A DNA stretch of 64,000 nt from Paraspadella gotoi (Eukaryota; Animalia; Chaetognatha), in assembly GCA_051294375.1 (NCBI GenBank), contig CM119267.1:11729553-11793552 (forward strand), written 5' to 3'. Positions 18,701-34,200 of the stretch are shown here, in pieces. The translations under genes and the position numbers were made by a program. Position 1 is the stretch's first letter, and every line of letters starts with the position of its first letter. The notes beneath the pieces were generated by a model that was given only the letters and a program-made list of their open reading frames with translations, ran no database searches and was not told where the DNA came from.

Positions 18701-20611
18701 ATTGGAAAGAAAATCCAAGTTCCTGTACAATGTTTCTCATAGAAGTATTTCAACTATTATTTAAATACAGTAATACTGTATTATAATTATTATTATTATT
18801 ATTATGTCATTATCTTGTAAGAGTGATGGAGGCCTTAAACCACCAAACCCTGTCCCAAGTCAGGACTCAGGGGCAAGATATTTATTTATTTATTTATTAA
18901 ATGAATGGATAATTTTGATTTTGTTTGTACCAATTTCACTAAAATTTAACTATTTTTTTTACGTTTTTACTGAAAAGTTTTTTAAAAAAATTAATTGAAT
19001 AGATTTTTCCCTTCCCTCAGGCTTGCAACTTCAGCAAACGCAACATGAAGGCCAGAAACTGGACGCCCAAGAAAGGCTGCGCTCGAGTTGCATATCGCCA
19101 CGCAATCGGCCTCGTCCACTCCTACACCTTGGAGGCCAACTACAACTCGGGCAGAATGTCCAACGGTGTCGGCGCATGCAACGGAATCGGCGTTCCGAAA
19201 GGCCCTCCCTTCGACAGCATGGCGGAGGTCCTTGGATTTTAAGGGGTTAATGTAATAGAGGCAGAGTTGAGTGGTAGGGTAAACGCGNNNNNNNNNNNNN
19301 NNNNNNNNNGGGTTAATGTAATAGAGGCAGAGTTGAGTGGTAGAGTAAACGCGAAGTTTGAATAATTTTGACGGCTGGTCAAGAAAATAAAGCCACAGTC
19401 CAAGTCATTTCGCAATATTTTCTCGCCTTTTCAGTCGAGTCGAGTCGAGAGTCCTAAAATCCTGCCTCCGGAGATTTTTTTTTTTTTTATTTCTTTTATT
19501 TCTTTGAATGCGTGTTCACGCTATAGCAGTCGTGGCAACCGCCTCTATTACGTTTTCCTTTTTCATTCCCAGTCTTCCTTTGCGCCGAAATACACTCCGG
19601 CTCATTACGAAGACGTGGGCAGAGCGTTGGCAGTCACGGCACTAGACATGTTCGAAGTTAATCCTTGGCCGCGGTTTCCAGGTGCGATATTGATCATGAT
19701 GATGTAAGGATCGAGCTTTTATTATGAAAACTTTTATGTTCGTATTCCTTTTCTATTCCCGAAATTATTACTTTGGTCGCCACAGTCACGGGATACATGA
19801 GCATAAGCGCAGTCAGAAGGTGGACTCGCTCCTACGTAAATAAAACCTACCTTTTCGACAAAAATTCGACAGGTTTTTCCAGATATTAGGATTTTTATTC
19901 AAGTGATGGAAAGAAATGCAGTACTGTAACTTATGAGAATATCAATATATCTATTTTTCCTCAGTAAGCCTCTGCGACGATCCTCCAGAAGCGGAAGTCT
20001 TTTCTGACTACAAGACGTCGCAAATCCTGACGCAGACTCGCGAGGCGGCGGAAGGTTGAATCGCCTCGCCCTTCACTACCACGCCCTATCCTGACGATGC
20101 CTTTCGATCTTTTCTTCCCACTCGCAGCTCTGCGTTTGGCGACGGGGCGGATCGACTCCTCCGGTCGGCGCATCCAATCACCCGACACGGAGGGTCAGCT
20201 CGACGCCGCCTACGCCTGCTCCTTCTTGGCGAACCCGTCGACTCCGTCGGGATTCGAGATTCTCTGGTCGCACGTGGTGCCGGACGGACAGAGAGAGAGA
20301 CCGTACACTCGCAAGTGAGTCGAACAAGGGAAAAGAACTACCGAAAATAACTCCCACGTCTTTTGTTTTTTTTTTATGGATCTTTTTCGCCCCCTACTTT
20401 CTCCAGAAACACCAACTATCGCTTCCCGTTTTCGACCGTGTCTTGCATCCTGAAAAGGGTGTTGTCCCCGGAAAAAATTTCGCTCGAATCGACGGAGCAC
20501 TTGGAGGTAGGGGAGGCTCGAGGAGATGGGGAGGAAACGGAGGAGGGAGAGAAAGAAAATGTTGGAAATAGTCTGGATAGTGTGGAGATCAAAGAAGAAG
20601 GGAGAGGATGA
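11173..20611 (+). CDS. AGBL5: Cytosolic carboxypeptidase 5 (tubulin deglutamylase, M14D family), over 20 exons
   Basis: [71 protein letters not shown] (Zn ligands), [44 protein letters not shown] (catalytic Glu), [17 protein letters not shown]. Exon phases are consistent throughout; the last exons are less certain. Confidence 0.92.
11975..12352 (+). mobile_element. Helentron-associated non-autonomous element (HINE/DINE-1-like), family A
   Basis: Starts AAAACAAG, contains a (GACC/GACA/GACG)n tract and ends GTGACTTATAGAGTTGCTCCGCGAGTACT...CTAAAA. A related inverted copy lies at 60785-61032. Confidence 0.7.
15716..15791. repeat. (AAT)n microsatellite
   Basis: Trinucleotide run in an AGBL5 intron. 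Confidence 0.95.
17023..17200 (+). mobile_element. tRNA-derived SINE (degenerate)
   Basis: Head GGCGGCCATTGGTGCAGGAGG (A-box-like) and GAGGTTCTAACGC (B-box-like). The body TAAGAGTGACGGGGTGCTTAACC...CTCAGGG resembles 18818-18875, which ends in (TTTA)n. Confidence 0.55.
18206..18287 (-). tRNA. tRNA-Ser(AGA)
   Basis: 82 nt: acceptor GCAGTTG/CAACTGC, D-loop TGGCCGAGCGGTTAAGGC, anticodon arm CTGA-CT-AGA-AA-TCAG, paired variable arm, T arm ACAGG-TTCGAAT-CCTGT, downstream T4. Confidence 0.95.
18296..18337 (-). pseudogene. 5'-half tRNA-Asp remnant (anticodon ATC)
   Basis: The minus strand reads TAGTATAGTGGTGAGTATCCTCGCCT-ATC-ACACGAGA, matching the eukaryotic tRNA-Asp D and anticodon arms. There is no T arm or acceptor stem. 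Confidence 0.75.
18540..18612 (-). tRNA. tRNA-Phe(GAA)
   Basis: GCCGAAATAGCTCAGTTGGGAGAGCGTTAGACTGAAGATCTAAAGGTCCCTGGTTCAATCCCGGGTTTCGGCA, the canonical metazoan tRNA-Phe. Confidence 0.98.
19288..19309. other. Assembly gap (22 N) with duplicated flanks
   Basis: The same ~43 bp sequence (GGTTAATGTAATAGAGGCAG...AAACGCG) lies on both sides of the Ns. Confidence 0.95.
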
Positions 20612-21017
20612 TTTTGGAGGACGACAAAGTGGAGAAAAAGGGGAAAGAACTCGCATGTGTCTTAGGTAATATGTCCTGTGTCCAAAATGAAAAAATAAAA
20701 TACTGAAATTTAAAATATAATCGTCTCACGATTTTGATGCATCTTTGAATGATTATTGCTATCAATTGTAGTGATAAAAAAATTTATTAATTAATTTAAG
20801 AGCACACTGTTAAGCATAATCATAAAAAATTGTAAGCGTCAACAACAATTGTATTCGTTTCCGGATATAATTTAATTACATTTCCAAATACGAGAAAGTC
20901 GACATCTGAGTCGTGCATCAACATCAAATCTCGTTTCCCAATCATCGGTCGCCTCCCACCCTCTAAATTTCTCTTCGCTGCGTCTTGGCTCTCTTCCCTC
21001 AAGTCGCTCGTCGTTCG

Positions 21018-23062
<2,045 letters not shown>

Positions 23063-23611
23063 CTGGACCCGGGGATGACGCGGAACGGCGGGTGGCTTTC
23101 TTAATTACTATGTTTAATAACTCTGGAGAGGATTTCAGGGAAGGAGATAATAGTGAAGGCTTCAAAAAAAGGAAAGGAAATACCCAAGGGGGTGCTCGAT
23201 TATGGCGAAATCAAACGAACTGGAAAAACTGGCGATTCGCTCGAAAAGTTTTATTAGACGAGCTTTTTGGCTCCAGAGATGCGGAAAAATTACGGTAATA
23301 AAAAAAAGGGCATCGAAATTTATATGCGGGTTCACGAGTCGTGGTCGCGCAACTGGCGGCGCTACAGGTCACGCGATCTGAGTTTTGTTTTTCCGGGCTT
23401 AAATTAAGGGGTTTCTTAAACAATTTTTTTGTCTTTAAAACAGACAGAAAAAGGGAAAAACAAAAACTGTTTTGTGTTTGAATGGCCGGAAATTCTCAGT
23501 TTATCGATGAAGGCTTAACTGAGACCTCTCAACAAACTTCGACCATTGTCTCCTGGGAAATGCCGGAATATCTCAGCGTAAATAAGTAGGAGAGAGAGAG
23601 AGAAAGGTGAG

Positions 23612-23656
<45 letters not shown>

Positions 23657-24740
23657 TCGGCGAGCATCTGAGTATAATGGGAATCAGAGACAGAGTAACT
23701 ACTAATCATCTCCAAAACAAACAGTCCCGCAATTAAAGGGCTCCGACTCACAAAAGGCCCTTTCAATGTTTTTCCCCCCGGCATTCTTCTCTTAACTGCC
23801 CGACTGGGTCGAGTTCACCCCTACCGCCCGGATTTTGCCGCAAACAAAATATAAGGTCTTCTCAGTTCAGCTTTTAATGATGCGGCAACTTCGATTAACT
23901 TAATTTAAAGGAAAAACTTTATAAGAATGCATCTTTTGAAAGAGTTACTGATAGAGATAAACGGAATCGACGATGATGAGCGATCGCGACAGGGAATGGG
24001 GGGGCGCAGGGGGGGGGGGAGGACCGCCCAACGTTTTTTTTTTCGTTTCTTCATCTCAAGAGTCCCGAGTAAAAAAAATTATATTAAAAAAAAAAATTGG
24101 GCCAAAGGTACGCGAAAGTACTCTGCTCTAATTCGCTTTGTCTGTGGATCTTGGTTCATTTTTTCTTTCTTTCTTTCTTTCTTTCTTTCTTTTCTTTTTT
24201 TCAGTCTTTCTTTCTTTCTTTCTTTTCTTTCTCTACTTTGGTTGGTGATGTTTTTTTGTTTTTTTTTTTGTTTATTTCACGTATTTTTTTCCCTCTGATT
24301 TCGTTCAAGGTTGTGTTTTTATTTCCTTTCGCGTTTTTTTTCCCAGTTATTTGTCTAACTTGTTTTCTTCAGTTTTGTCTCACCTATTTTTTAAAATTTT
24401 TTTCCCTATTTTTTTTTCTTTATTACTTTCTTTTTTCTTAGTTTTCTTTTTTTCTTTCTTTTTTTTTCTTTTCATCGCACATTCTTTCTCTTTCTCTTTC
24501 TTTCATCTCTTTCTGATCGACTTTAATTTCCGGGTAATAACCCAGCCTGGTCGCCCAGGTTACCAATAGAGAAAAACCCCAAGTATCCAAATCCATTAAT
24601 CATTTTATTTTTCAGAATTTCCTATTTTCAATTTCCACGGCAACCCCTTTCGAATGGTATTGAAAAAATGGAGTTCAAGACTTTTTAATTCTAAAACTTC
24701 GACGGACCCACCAAAAAAGATTCCAGGCGTTGATTCAACA

Positions 24741-25338
24741 CTAAACCAACATCGAGGTTTTCACGGGGCCAGGCCAACAATTCGTGTAATCACGAAAAGG
24801 TAAAAAGCTGCTTCCTCCTGTCAGTGATTCACTCATTCACGAGAGTGAATTTGGGTGAAGTGTCTTTTTTTTTTTGCTGCAAACGTAAAAATCTGACTCC
24901 ACCTTTTTTTTGCCAGAGGCTTAATTAAATTATTACAAAAACGATTATATGTCGTGAATATATCATCGACCTTTGACGTCGTTATCAAATTTGGCCCAAA
25001 ACAAACGTCAACTATATTGACGTAATTTTGGTCCGACCACAAATTGCGGAGATTTAGATTCTCGCAACTACAGTACCTACTTAGTACTTTCTAAGCTACT
25101 TACTTTCAAGAGGCTTCCAATCGTTGAGTTGAAGAATCTTTTCGAACTTAGAGAAGATAAAGCTCTTCTTCCCTATCGTCTTTGTCGTTTTTGTTGTCGT
25201 TTTTGTCGTGTTACCCTCTTCAGCGTTTGTGGGAAAACCGACTGCTCTTGAAATTTCCCTGAGAACAAAAAATTAGGCTGTAAACCAGAGAGAAGGAGAA
25301 AAAAAAAGAAAGAAATGACGGAAAGAAAGAAGGAAATA

Positions 25339-25374
<36 letters not shown>

Positions 25375-26931
25375 ACAACAGCCATACCTATTCTTTTCCC
25401 TCTCTCCATTCCCAAATCGCTCTTCCCTCCGAGGGGAAGAAGTAGCCGAAGAAAATTTCGAGGAGCGAGGATCGCTGGAGCAGGCGACCGTTTCTGTTCG
25501 GTGATAGGGGGAGCCGCTGGAGCCGCTTAGACCCAATTCAGCGTCCGGCGAGGAGGCGGCTGAAGCGGCGGGAGGCCAATTCGCGGGTCGAGAGTTCGAT
25601 TCTCGCAGGTGATCGTAGAGACGACTAGAAGATTGGGGCGAGCCTTCGGAGAGACGACGAGAGTCTGAGGCGATGGGCGTCGAGTGGTCCGTCCGGCGAG
25701 GAAGCCTCGACGGAGAAGTCACGCATCGCTGACCCCTGGGAAGGAGGTTAATAGCTCCCGCGGCGGAGGCTGCGACGGCTGCGGCGGCTGTGGCAGCGAC
25801 AGAAGCTGCGGCCGGAGACGGGGAAGTCAATCTTCTCGGCGGCGATCGACGCGGGGGAGGCAGAGGAGGGGAAGGTTCGTCGTCGAAGGGAGATGGGGAG
25901 ACGGAGGAGCGGGAGCTCGAACTTTTTACCCCCTTTGATTCCTTTGTCCCCATCGACCCCTTCGTTCTGGCCGACGGCCTGAAAGAGCCGCGTCCACCTC
26001 GCGGCTCCGCTTCCTCTCGAGAGTCGGCGTGGGAACGCTCTTCGTTTCGGCTCGATCGCTGCAGCTGCTGCTGCTTCTGTTGTTGTTGTTGTTGTTTAAT
26101 TCGAGGCGATAGAAACGAGGCGAAGGCGTCGGTTTCCTCTTCGTCTTCGATCGTCTCCAAGGATCGGATTTCAGCGGCGATCGTCGTCGAAGTCGACGTC
26201 TTCGAATTTCTTCGCGAGGAACGAGGGTTGTCGTCGTTGTTATTGTTGGCGTTGTCGTTGTCATTTTGATTGCGTGTTGATCTTTCGAAATGCGAGTTAG
26301 CTTGGGCCTTCGCCAGAGTATCGTCTATAATCTCCGAGTAGATGTGATTGGATCCGAGATCGGCGTCGTCCGGCGTTCCCCCGGTGCCGGTTTCGAGGCG
26401 CCGATGGCCGGAAGTGAGATCCGGAAAGGCGGCAAAACTGAATTCTCTCGTCGCCGTCGAACTTCCGTCCGAGAAAGGGGCGATGAGATCGGGAACGCAG
26501 ATAGAGGAGACGACGGGGTTGAGGTGGCGGTTAGCGGTCATCGCAGCGCGTTTGGCGGCGGCGGCGTCGGTGACGTTCGTTGAAATGTTCCCGTCGCTCG
26601 GACCAGAACCACGCCCGGTATCTACGGCGCCGACTCGAGAGCGACGTTGGCGCGAGGAAAACGCGGATTTGGCAGCCGAAGTTGCGTCGCCGACTGAGGT
26701 TGAACCCGAATACGCGAGATTCTTATCTCCAACGCTGCCGCTGCCGCTGCCGCTGCCGGCGGATTCTTCGCCGTACGCGCGTGCAGCGGCTTCGTCGTCG
26801 TCATGGTCGTCGGAACTGAGACGAAGCGACGTGGCGAAGTCCGCGGGAAAATCTTCGGAAACGACGGAGGCGATGAGTGGACGTCGGTCGCGTTGAGAGG
26901 GGAAGAGAGCGTCCAGGCGGGCGAGACTCAT
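24741..26931 (-). CDS. Orphan low-complexity, probably disordered protein (~550 aa)
   Basis: Large GC-rich exon 26931-25388 starting at CCGCCATG (MSLARLDALFP...). Tentative small exons 25258-25215 and 24817-24741 are phase-compatible. Motifs NHIYSEI, LYDHL and PSPPLPPPRR; no recognisable domain. Confidence 0.55.
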
Positions 26932-27990
26932 GGCGGGATCGAAAAATTGGGGCGAGCGGACGAGTCGCAAAGATAGGAAAATCAATGCGGTATAGTTTAA
27001 ACAAAGTTTAGTACCTAAATTTTTTTTTGCGTGGATGATTTTTAGCCGAGTTCCAGCTTTCCAACGATTTCCAAGAAAAAACGCGATGTTGACCCCGAGT
27101 CGGTCTCGTCGTGTTGTCCTCGGGTCGAACCCCTCGAGGCGATGGTCGATCGATCGAAGGACAGAAACGTCGCCGCCCACTCTCGCTCGATTATCTCGTC
27201 GACGCCCGGAGGTGAGGAAAGGTTTTCGTGCGAAGTCAAGTGGAAGCGTGGCGAGGAGAAGCGCGGGGGTTTCGAAGGGAACTGTTTTGGGGAGGGCGTA
27301 GTTGGGAGTGGAGTTAGGGGATTAGTTTGGTGGGGAAAAACACAGAGGAAAGCGTTTGGGAAGCGTTTTGAAAGGGAAAACTTAAGAAGTAAAATTATAT
27401 TAAAAAAGCTAGTCCTTAGTCTTTAGTTTGAAAATTGAAGTCCACAAGCGGTGTTTCTGTTTGAGACGTTGAGCTTTTCATCCCTTTAACTTTTAATAAA
27501 AATATATTTAAAAATAGTACCATCGCTATTTGGAGTTTAAAAAGAAACGAGCGAAAATGACAAATGAAAGAATCGTAAGACCGGACAGACCGAACAGGCC
27601 GGACCAGACGGATGAATGACGGAAAGCGACTCGAGAGACGCTACGAGCCTCGAGACGATCGATCGCGCAAACGAATGGGGAACGGAGAGAAGGGGGCGGA
27701 AGGGGGGGCGGCGAAGACAAGATCAGCACGCGAAGTCGAGAGACGGAACAAATCGACTGTATTGCTGTAGGCGGTTAAGAATAATGTAAACTGATTTGTG
27801 GATTAGATAATGGTGAGTTGTTAAGTTAAAAAATGTATAATGATTGGACGACGACGAGTCCAGATCGGAGCTCTACGTTTTGGGCTGAGGAAATGACGAT
27901 TAGTGGTCTGTAGTCGCAGGGGAATAAAAAATGAAGGGAAAAAATCGATGATGGCGAAAACCTTATGGCCCGTTCGTGTGTGACCGATGA

Positions 27991-28045
<55 letters not shown>

Positions 28046-28505
28046 AAATAAAATTTAAGAAAAAAAAACCGATTATTTATTTATCGGAATTAATCTTTCA
28101 AAAAAAATAAACACAGCGAGTCCATTTAAAACTATTAAAGCCCGCGATTCCGAAATTTTTTAGTTTCAAGAGGAAACAAAATCGACGGAACGAAAACGAC
28201 AACGAAAAACAGAATTCTGGGGGCAACATCTTTCGGGCGGTGAATGGTCGTCGTCGTCGTAGTCGTTGTCGTCGTCGTCGTCGTCATATAGGGGAGGAAG
28301 AGGAGGAGGATAACAGAAAGACCGTTTTATATCGAGAGAGGATTGCGATCGTCCTTTAGATTAAATAAAAAAAAAAAAGAGAAATATTTTTTTTCCTAAT
28401 ATTTTTTTTTTAAATAGGACGAAGAACAACTGGCAACTTAGTTTACAAAACATTTGGCGAAATCTTGGCCCTGAGAAACGAAGAAAATAGGGTAGCGGAG
28501 ATGCG

Positions 28506-28557
<52 letters not shown>

Positions 28558-29896
28558 ACAATTGATGAGGTGATAGAATCCGTTGAAAAATGGAAGATGA
28601 TGGCGACGATGATGATGATGTTTCTTAATAATTGAGAGTGATTAATGATGATAGACGATGATGTCCGAGAAAGAGCATATATATTATATACGTTACTTAT
28701 AAAAAGAATTGTAATCTTTCATTTTCAAACCTACTAACGTGCCTCATTAATTTAGTTATTTATTAAAAAATGGATTGAACCACCCACTAATCAAACCTAT
28801 GACATAAATATATATTACGCAATTTATAAAGATCAGGATATGCAGAGTTCTGACATCTATGTCACCGTAACTATTTAACTACCGTCTCTCGTTACAAAAA
28901 TATTGCTCGAAAAATGGAACGCAGGAACTCATAATTTTCCCCGTCTAATTTTCGTCGACAGGAAAATGTAGGTTTTTTTTTCATTTTGTACTTTATTAGA
29001 GGAAGAGGGAAAAAAAGGTTTTCGTATGACACATATACATTAATCACCAATTTCGCTCTCGAACGTCAAAACGGAAAGGGTCAGCCCTTTTCGAAAACCA
29101 ACGGGAGTTTTTTCTATCTTCTTGTCGTCGTCGTTGTCGTTGTCGTCGTTGTCGTCCTTTTCGGACGTCGATTCAGAATTTTTTTTACGATTATGCAAAC
29201 GAGATCGACCGGAGCCCGGGAGGGGAGGGGGGGGGCCCTGAACACGAATTGGAAAAGATGATGAAGAAAGAAATCGGAGAGAAAAGGATGAATAGAAAGA
29301 TAATGAGGATTGAAATAAAAAATTAAAAGATCGAAAAGATAAGAAGTGAGAGAATATTAAATATCATTTCAAAGATCAGAGAAGAAATCGTAGTTTCTAA
29401 GTCGAATATTTATTTAAAAAACAACAAAATTATATAAAGAAAAATTCTATTTTAAATGTGACATGTACCATCACATACACAGCATGGTTCAGTATGAAGG
29501 AAAACTTCCATTGTTGCTGATTACCACTTGAGGGGACCAAACAGAGAAGGAAGACGATCTGTGAAATGTTTGCCCAATGGATTCCTCGACGCTTGAATCA
29601 CTGATCGTCATCACCATTCACCTCGGGAAGAGCGAGGGGAGGGAATAACGGATCAACGATAATCATAACGATGTAGTAGTTGTTGTTGTTGTTGTTTGTG
29701 GCGGCGGCGGCAGCAGCGGCAGCAGCGGCCTCGGCGGCGGAGATAAGATAACCCCGTCTTTGCTGATGAACGGTCTGAGTCGATTCGAACCCGATTTCCT
29801 GCTGCTCTTCCGAAGAAGATTAACCCCCCATGGATACAGTTAAGGAGATAAAAAATTAACCCCTCACTCTTCCGTCTTCGAGAGTTTAAGAGAAAT

Positions 29897-29946
<50 letters not shown>

Positions 29947-31210
29947 GACGACTCACGAGCCAACGGAAGATTTTTCGTTTGGCTCCGGCAGATTTTTTAA
30001 CATTGTAAACAGATTAATGTCTCTTCATACACAGCCCAATATTGCTATATTGATCAATTGATAAGGTTTGAAATTGTTTTGCCTTCAAATGCTAAATTGT
30101 TCCTAAAATATTAAAATATTACTAGTAGTTAAGGCAATACAAAAAAACAACGTGGCTTTTTTACAACATTGCAAAGAATCCAGTGTTAGATTACGGTAAT
30201 TCTAAATTCAAATTAAAGATGAAGTTAACATTAATTTTAGGCATCGTCAACTACATCACTTCTGATGGTATGAGATCATCTCATTGGATTTTAGATCTCG
30301 TCCCGATATTGGCAATTTTCTCTATATTACTCCAACTTATTTTGATTTATTTATTGCTGCGTGACCGGTTGTGGCCCAGTCGCGTTTCTGAAGAAATTTC
30401 AGGATTAGGTAAATTGTTATTTGTTTACAAATTACGAAAAAAAACTCGTTAAATTGACAGGGATTTGTAAATTTTAGATTGACTTTTATTCTATTAAAAT
30501 TGTGGGTAGTGAATCAAAACATAGAAATTCTGTATCACTTCATCGGGTGCATTTAAAGAAAAAATTTATTATTAGCAAAGCGACAAGCACTGCTGCAAAA
30601 ACTACTCCTTCCTCAGCACCCAAAAGAATCACAGCTGCTTTTCATGAACGCTTCTGAAAGATTGAGCCACAGCTCAAAGACGGTTTACACTACGCCATTG
30701 ATATTTTAGTTGAAAGTCATATGGGTCTCCCCCTTTACAACGCCCTACTAAGCACAGTTTAGGGGAATGAGATGTGGATATTATCAGGAGCGAAAAATCA
30801 TTCTTTCTGTTTAGCTAGTTGCCTTTTGTTTTTACTTCAAAGCCGAATCCTGTCGAATTAATTTCCGACCAAAATTTGGTTTCCAGCCGGAAAGTTGATC
30901 TTGACTGCGTTGTCAAGGAAACGCAACAAACCTTAAAGTAAAAGTCGCGAAATATTTGGAAGATTCGATCATAATCGGCTGAGATGAAAGAATTTTTTTT
31001 TCTATTTTGATTGGTCGCCATTGTCAATTACTAACATTTATTTATTTATTAAAGTCATTTAAATATAATTATTTACTCCTTTCAGAAACTCGTCTTTTAT
31101 CCTGAAAAACAAAATTAATATAAGATAAACAATCCAAAAATACAACCTTTTTTTTCCGACGCGACAAATGCCCCACCGCCGCCTTTTTACGTCTTTCTCT
31201 CTTTGACCCA

Positions 31211-34200
31211 ATGGGCGGAGCAGGCGCTCTCGCGTCGTTGGAGGCGGAGGCGAGGATGGCGCCGTCCGCTGATTCGCCGCCACGGCGTCCGCTCGAAGAA
31301 GGGATGGGCCTCGACGATTTGGAGGAAGAGATTCAACGAGAGTTGGCGGCGTTGGACGACGACGAGGAGTTTGAGGCGGAAGAAGGTTGGGTTTTCGATA
31401 CTGTGGTCGCGTTAATTTTTAGTTAAATTAAATTTATACTTTAATTTTAAAAGTTAACTTGTAAATTTAATATAATTCAAATCTCCTTCGCCTGCAGTTT
31501 TCATACATGAAACATAAAAAAAAATGCTATAATATAGAAAAATTTGATAAAATATTAATAAACTAATTTGTAATTGATATCTGTAATCAATATTATCGTT
31601 AATCAATTTCTCAGAGCTCGACTCCGAGGGCAGCGAGGGAGGGGGAGAGAACGACAGTTGGGAATACCTCGAATCCCTCTCTTCGGAAGCGGCGGAGCTG
31701 GAGGCGTTGGCGAAGCTGGAGGCGCTCGAGGACTTTCGAGCGCAGATGAAATCGAGATGCGAAGATTGCGACGTCGTCATCGGAGAATGCGACGAGGTGT
31801 TGCGGGAGGCGAGGGATCTGGGAGCCAAAGCGGACAAGAAGGCGAATAAGAAGTGAGAGAAAGATTGATTGATTGATTGATCGATTTAATCAGCTGAGGG
31901 AAGGATTAATTGATGAAATTATTCATTCCGTCATTCATTCATTCATTTATTCGTTCATTCATTCATAAAATTTATTTAATTAATTCAATCTCCAACAGGC
32001 TCGCCAAAGAGTTCTCCGGTTTATCCATCTCCCCCTCCGAAACCCCGATGGCCTTCAAGGATCGAATCCTTCAAGAGATCGACGAGTTGGAGAATCGAGA
32101 GAAGGATGAAGCTGCAGCGGACGAGGAATTCGCCGCCGCAGCAGCTGCCGCCGATTTCAAGCTGTCGGAGGTCGTCGACGACGCGACGTCGACGCTGACC
32201 CCGGCCGACGGCGTCGTCAGCCTCGTCCACGAACACGACGTGCTCGAACGGCTCGTCAAACGCGCCCTCCGCCGGTTCGACGAAGACGCCGAGGCGGCCG
32301 ATAGGAGACGAAGGGAAGAGGAGGAACGATGGAAGAAGGAGGTGGCGAAGAGGTTGGGCTTCATCAAGGAGAAGAGGGAAGATCACGAGCGACGCCTTCG
32401 CGAGGAGATGGAGGAGGCGGAGGCGTGTCGAAAGCGGCGGCAGGAGGAGCTCGAAGAGCAGCTGGCGCAGGAGCGGAGCCGCGTGGAGGAGATGCTTGGG
32501 AGAATGGAGGAGGATCTGCAGGAGGCGGAGGCGACGACGGCGACGGAGAGATCGAAGATGCAGGCGAAGATGGGAGAGAACCAGAGGCTGCTGCTGCAGC
32601 GGCGGGAGCAGGCGGCGACGACGCTGCAGGCAGCCTGGCGGGGTTGGCGATCGAGGAAGGCCTGGCGAGACGAGGTCGTCAAGCGGACTTGGGCCTGGAG
32701 GCGGAGAAGGCAAGAGGAGAGAATCGAGAAGATTGTGAGAGAGAGGAGAGAGGGAGAGAAGAGGAAGATGGCGGCGACGAAGATTGAGGCTGCGATGAGA
32801 GGGTTTTTGGCGAGGAGAAAGTTCAGAGGGAGGATAGTGGAAGGGATGGAGAGAAGGAGGAAGGAGAGGGAGGAAAGAAGGGAGAGAGAGAAGAGGGAGA
32901 AGTGGGAGGCGGCGGCGACGATTCAGAGGATGTGGAGGGCGACGGTCGGGGCGCAAGTGGCGAGGGCGGCTAGGGAAGAGTGGGAGGAAAAGAGGAGGAA
33001 GGAAGAGGAGAGGAGAAAAGAGGAGAAGAGGAGGAAGGAAGAAGAGAGAAAAGAGGAGGAAAGGAGAAAAGAGGAGAAGAGATTAATGGAGGAAGAGATA
33101 AAAGAGGAGGAGAGAAGAAAGGAAAAAGAGAGAAAGGAGCAGGAGAAGAGGGAGAAAGAAAAAGAAGAGGCGAGAGAAAGGGAGCGAAGGAAAATGGAAG
33201 AAGAGGAAAAGAAAACAGAAAAAGAGAAAGAGCGAGAAGAAAAGATGAAATCGAAATCGAGAAACCTGAACTTGGAAAAAACGATTGAAACAAAGGAGAC
33301 AGAAAAATCGCATTTGACAAGCGGTTCAGACGAAAAGATTTTTTCGCCTTTAAACGACGACGATAAAAACGAGGAGAACCCTGACACGATGGAGAAGGGA
33401 ATCTTCCTCACTGCACCAACGGACGAGGCTTTCGAGACGTCGCGCGACGATGATGACGATGCCCACAACGCCGTCGATGACAATACCCTCCAGGTGACTC
33501 CGATGCCCCTCGACGAAGATTTCCAGCATCGTCGACTCGCCTGGATGCAATCCTGCTCGCCTTGGACCCGAGTAGAGATGGCGTTCCGGCACGCCTCAGA
33601 GCGAGCCAAACTGCGTCCACCCAAGCGCGCCGTTTCGGGTCTTCGGCGGTTGGTGCCACTGGCCAAAAGCGTTCTTTTGACGGGAAGCGATGGAGCTTCG
33701 CTGAAGACTCTGACTCGCGTCTCGCTCGCCAAGCTGCCCAACTGCAAGTTGACTCCGATCGGCGAGTGTCCCAATTTGGTCTCGTTGGAGATGCGGTTTT
33801 GCGACTTGTCCGTCGTCCATGGTCTGCAATCCTGCGAGAAGCTTCGCTTTCTTAACCTCAACAACAACCGCGTCGAAAGCGTCTTCCTCCAAAAGATGCC
33901 CTCGTTGCAAATCGTCGACTTGTCGCACAACGAATTGACTTCCATTCACGGTCTCGAGGGTTGCCTCGAGCTTCGCCTACTCAACCTCTCCCACAACAGG
34001 ATAATGAAAGTCGGCGGACTAGAGACGCTGACGAGCCTTCAATTTCTCGACCTTTCCCACAACGGCCTGGTCAACAGCCAGGGCCTGGTCGACGCTTGCT
34101 CGGTGCAAATCTTGAACCTTTCCCACAACCACTTGAAGTCGATTGAGGGACTCTCCAACCTCTGCCTGCTCCAACTCCTCCACGCCAACAGCAACATGAT

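Noticed and set aside
19243-19352. Direct repeat around the Ns
   Set aside because: Most likely an unmerged contig overlap rather than a biological repeat.
23927-24569. Phe/Ser/Leu-rich 'membrane protein' ORFs
   Set aside because: T-rich low-complexity (TTTC)n DNA.
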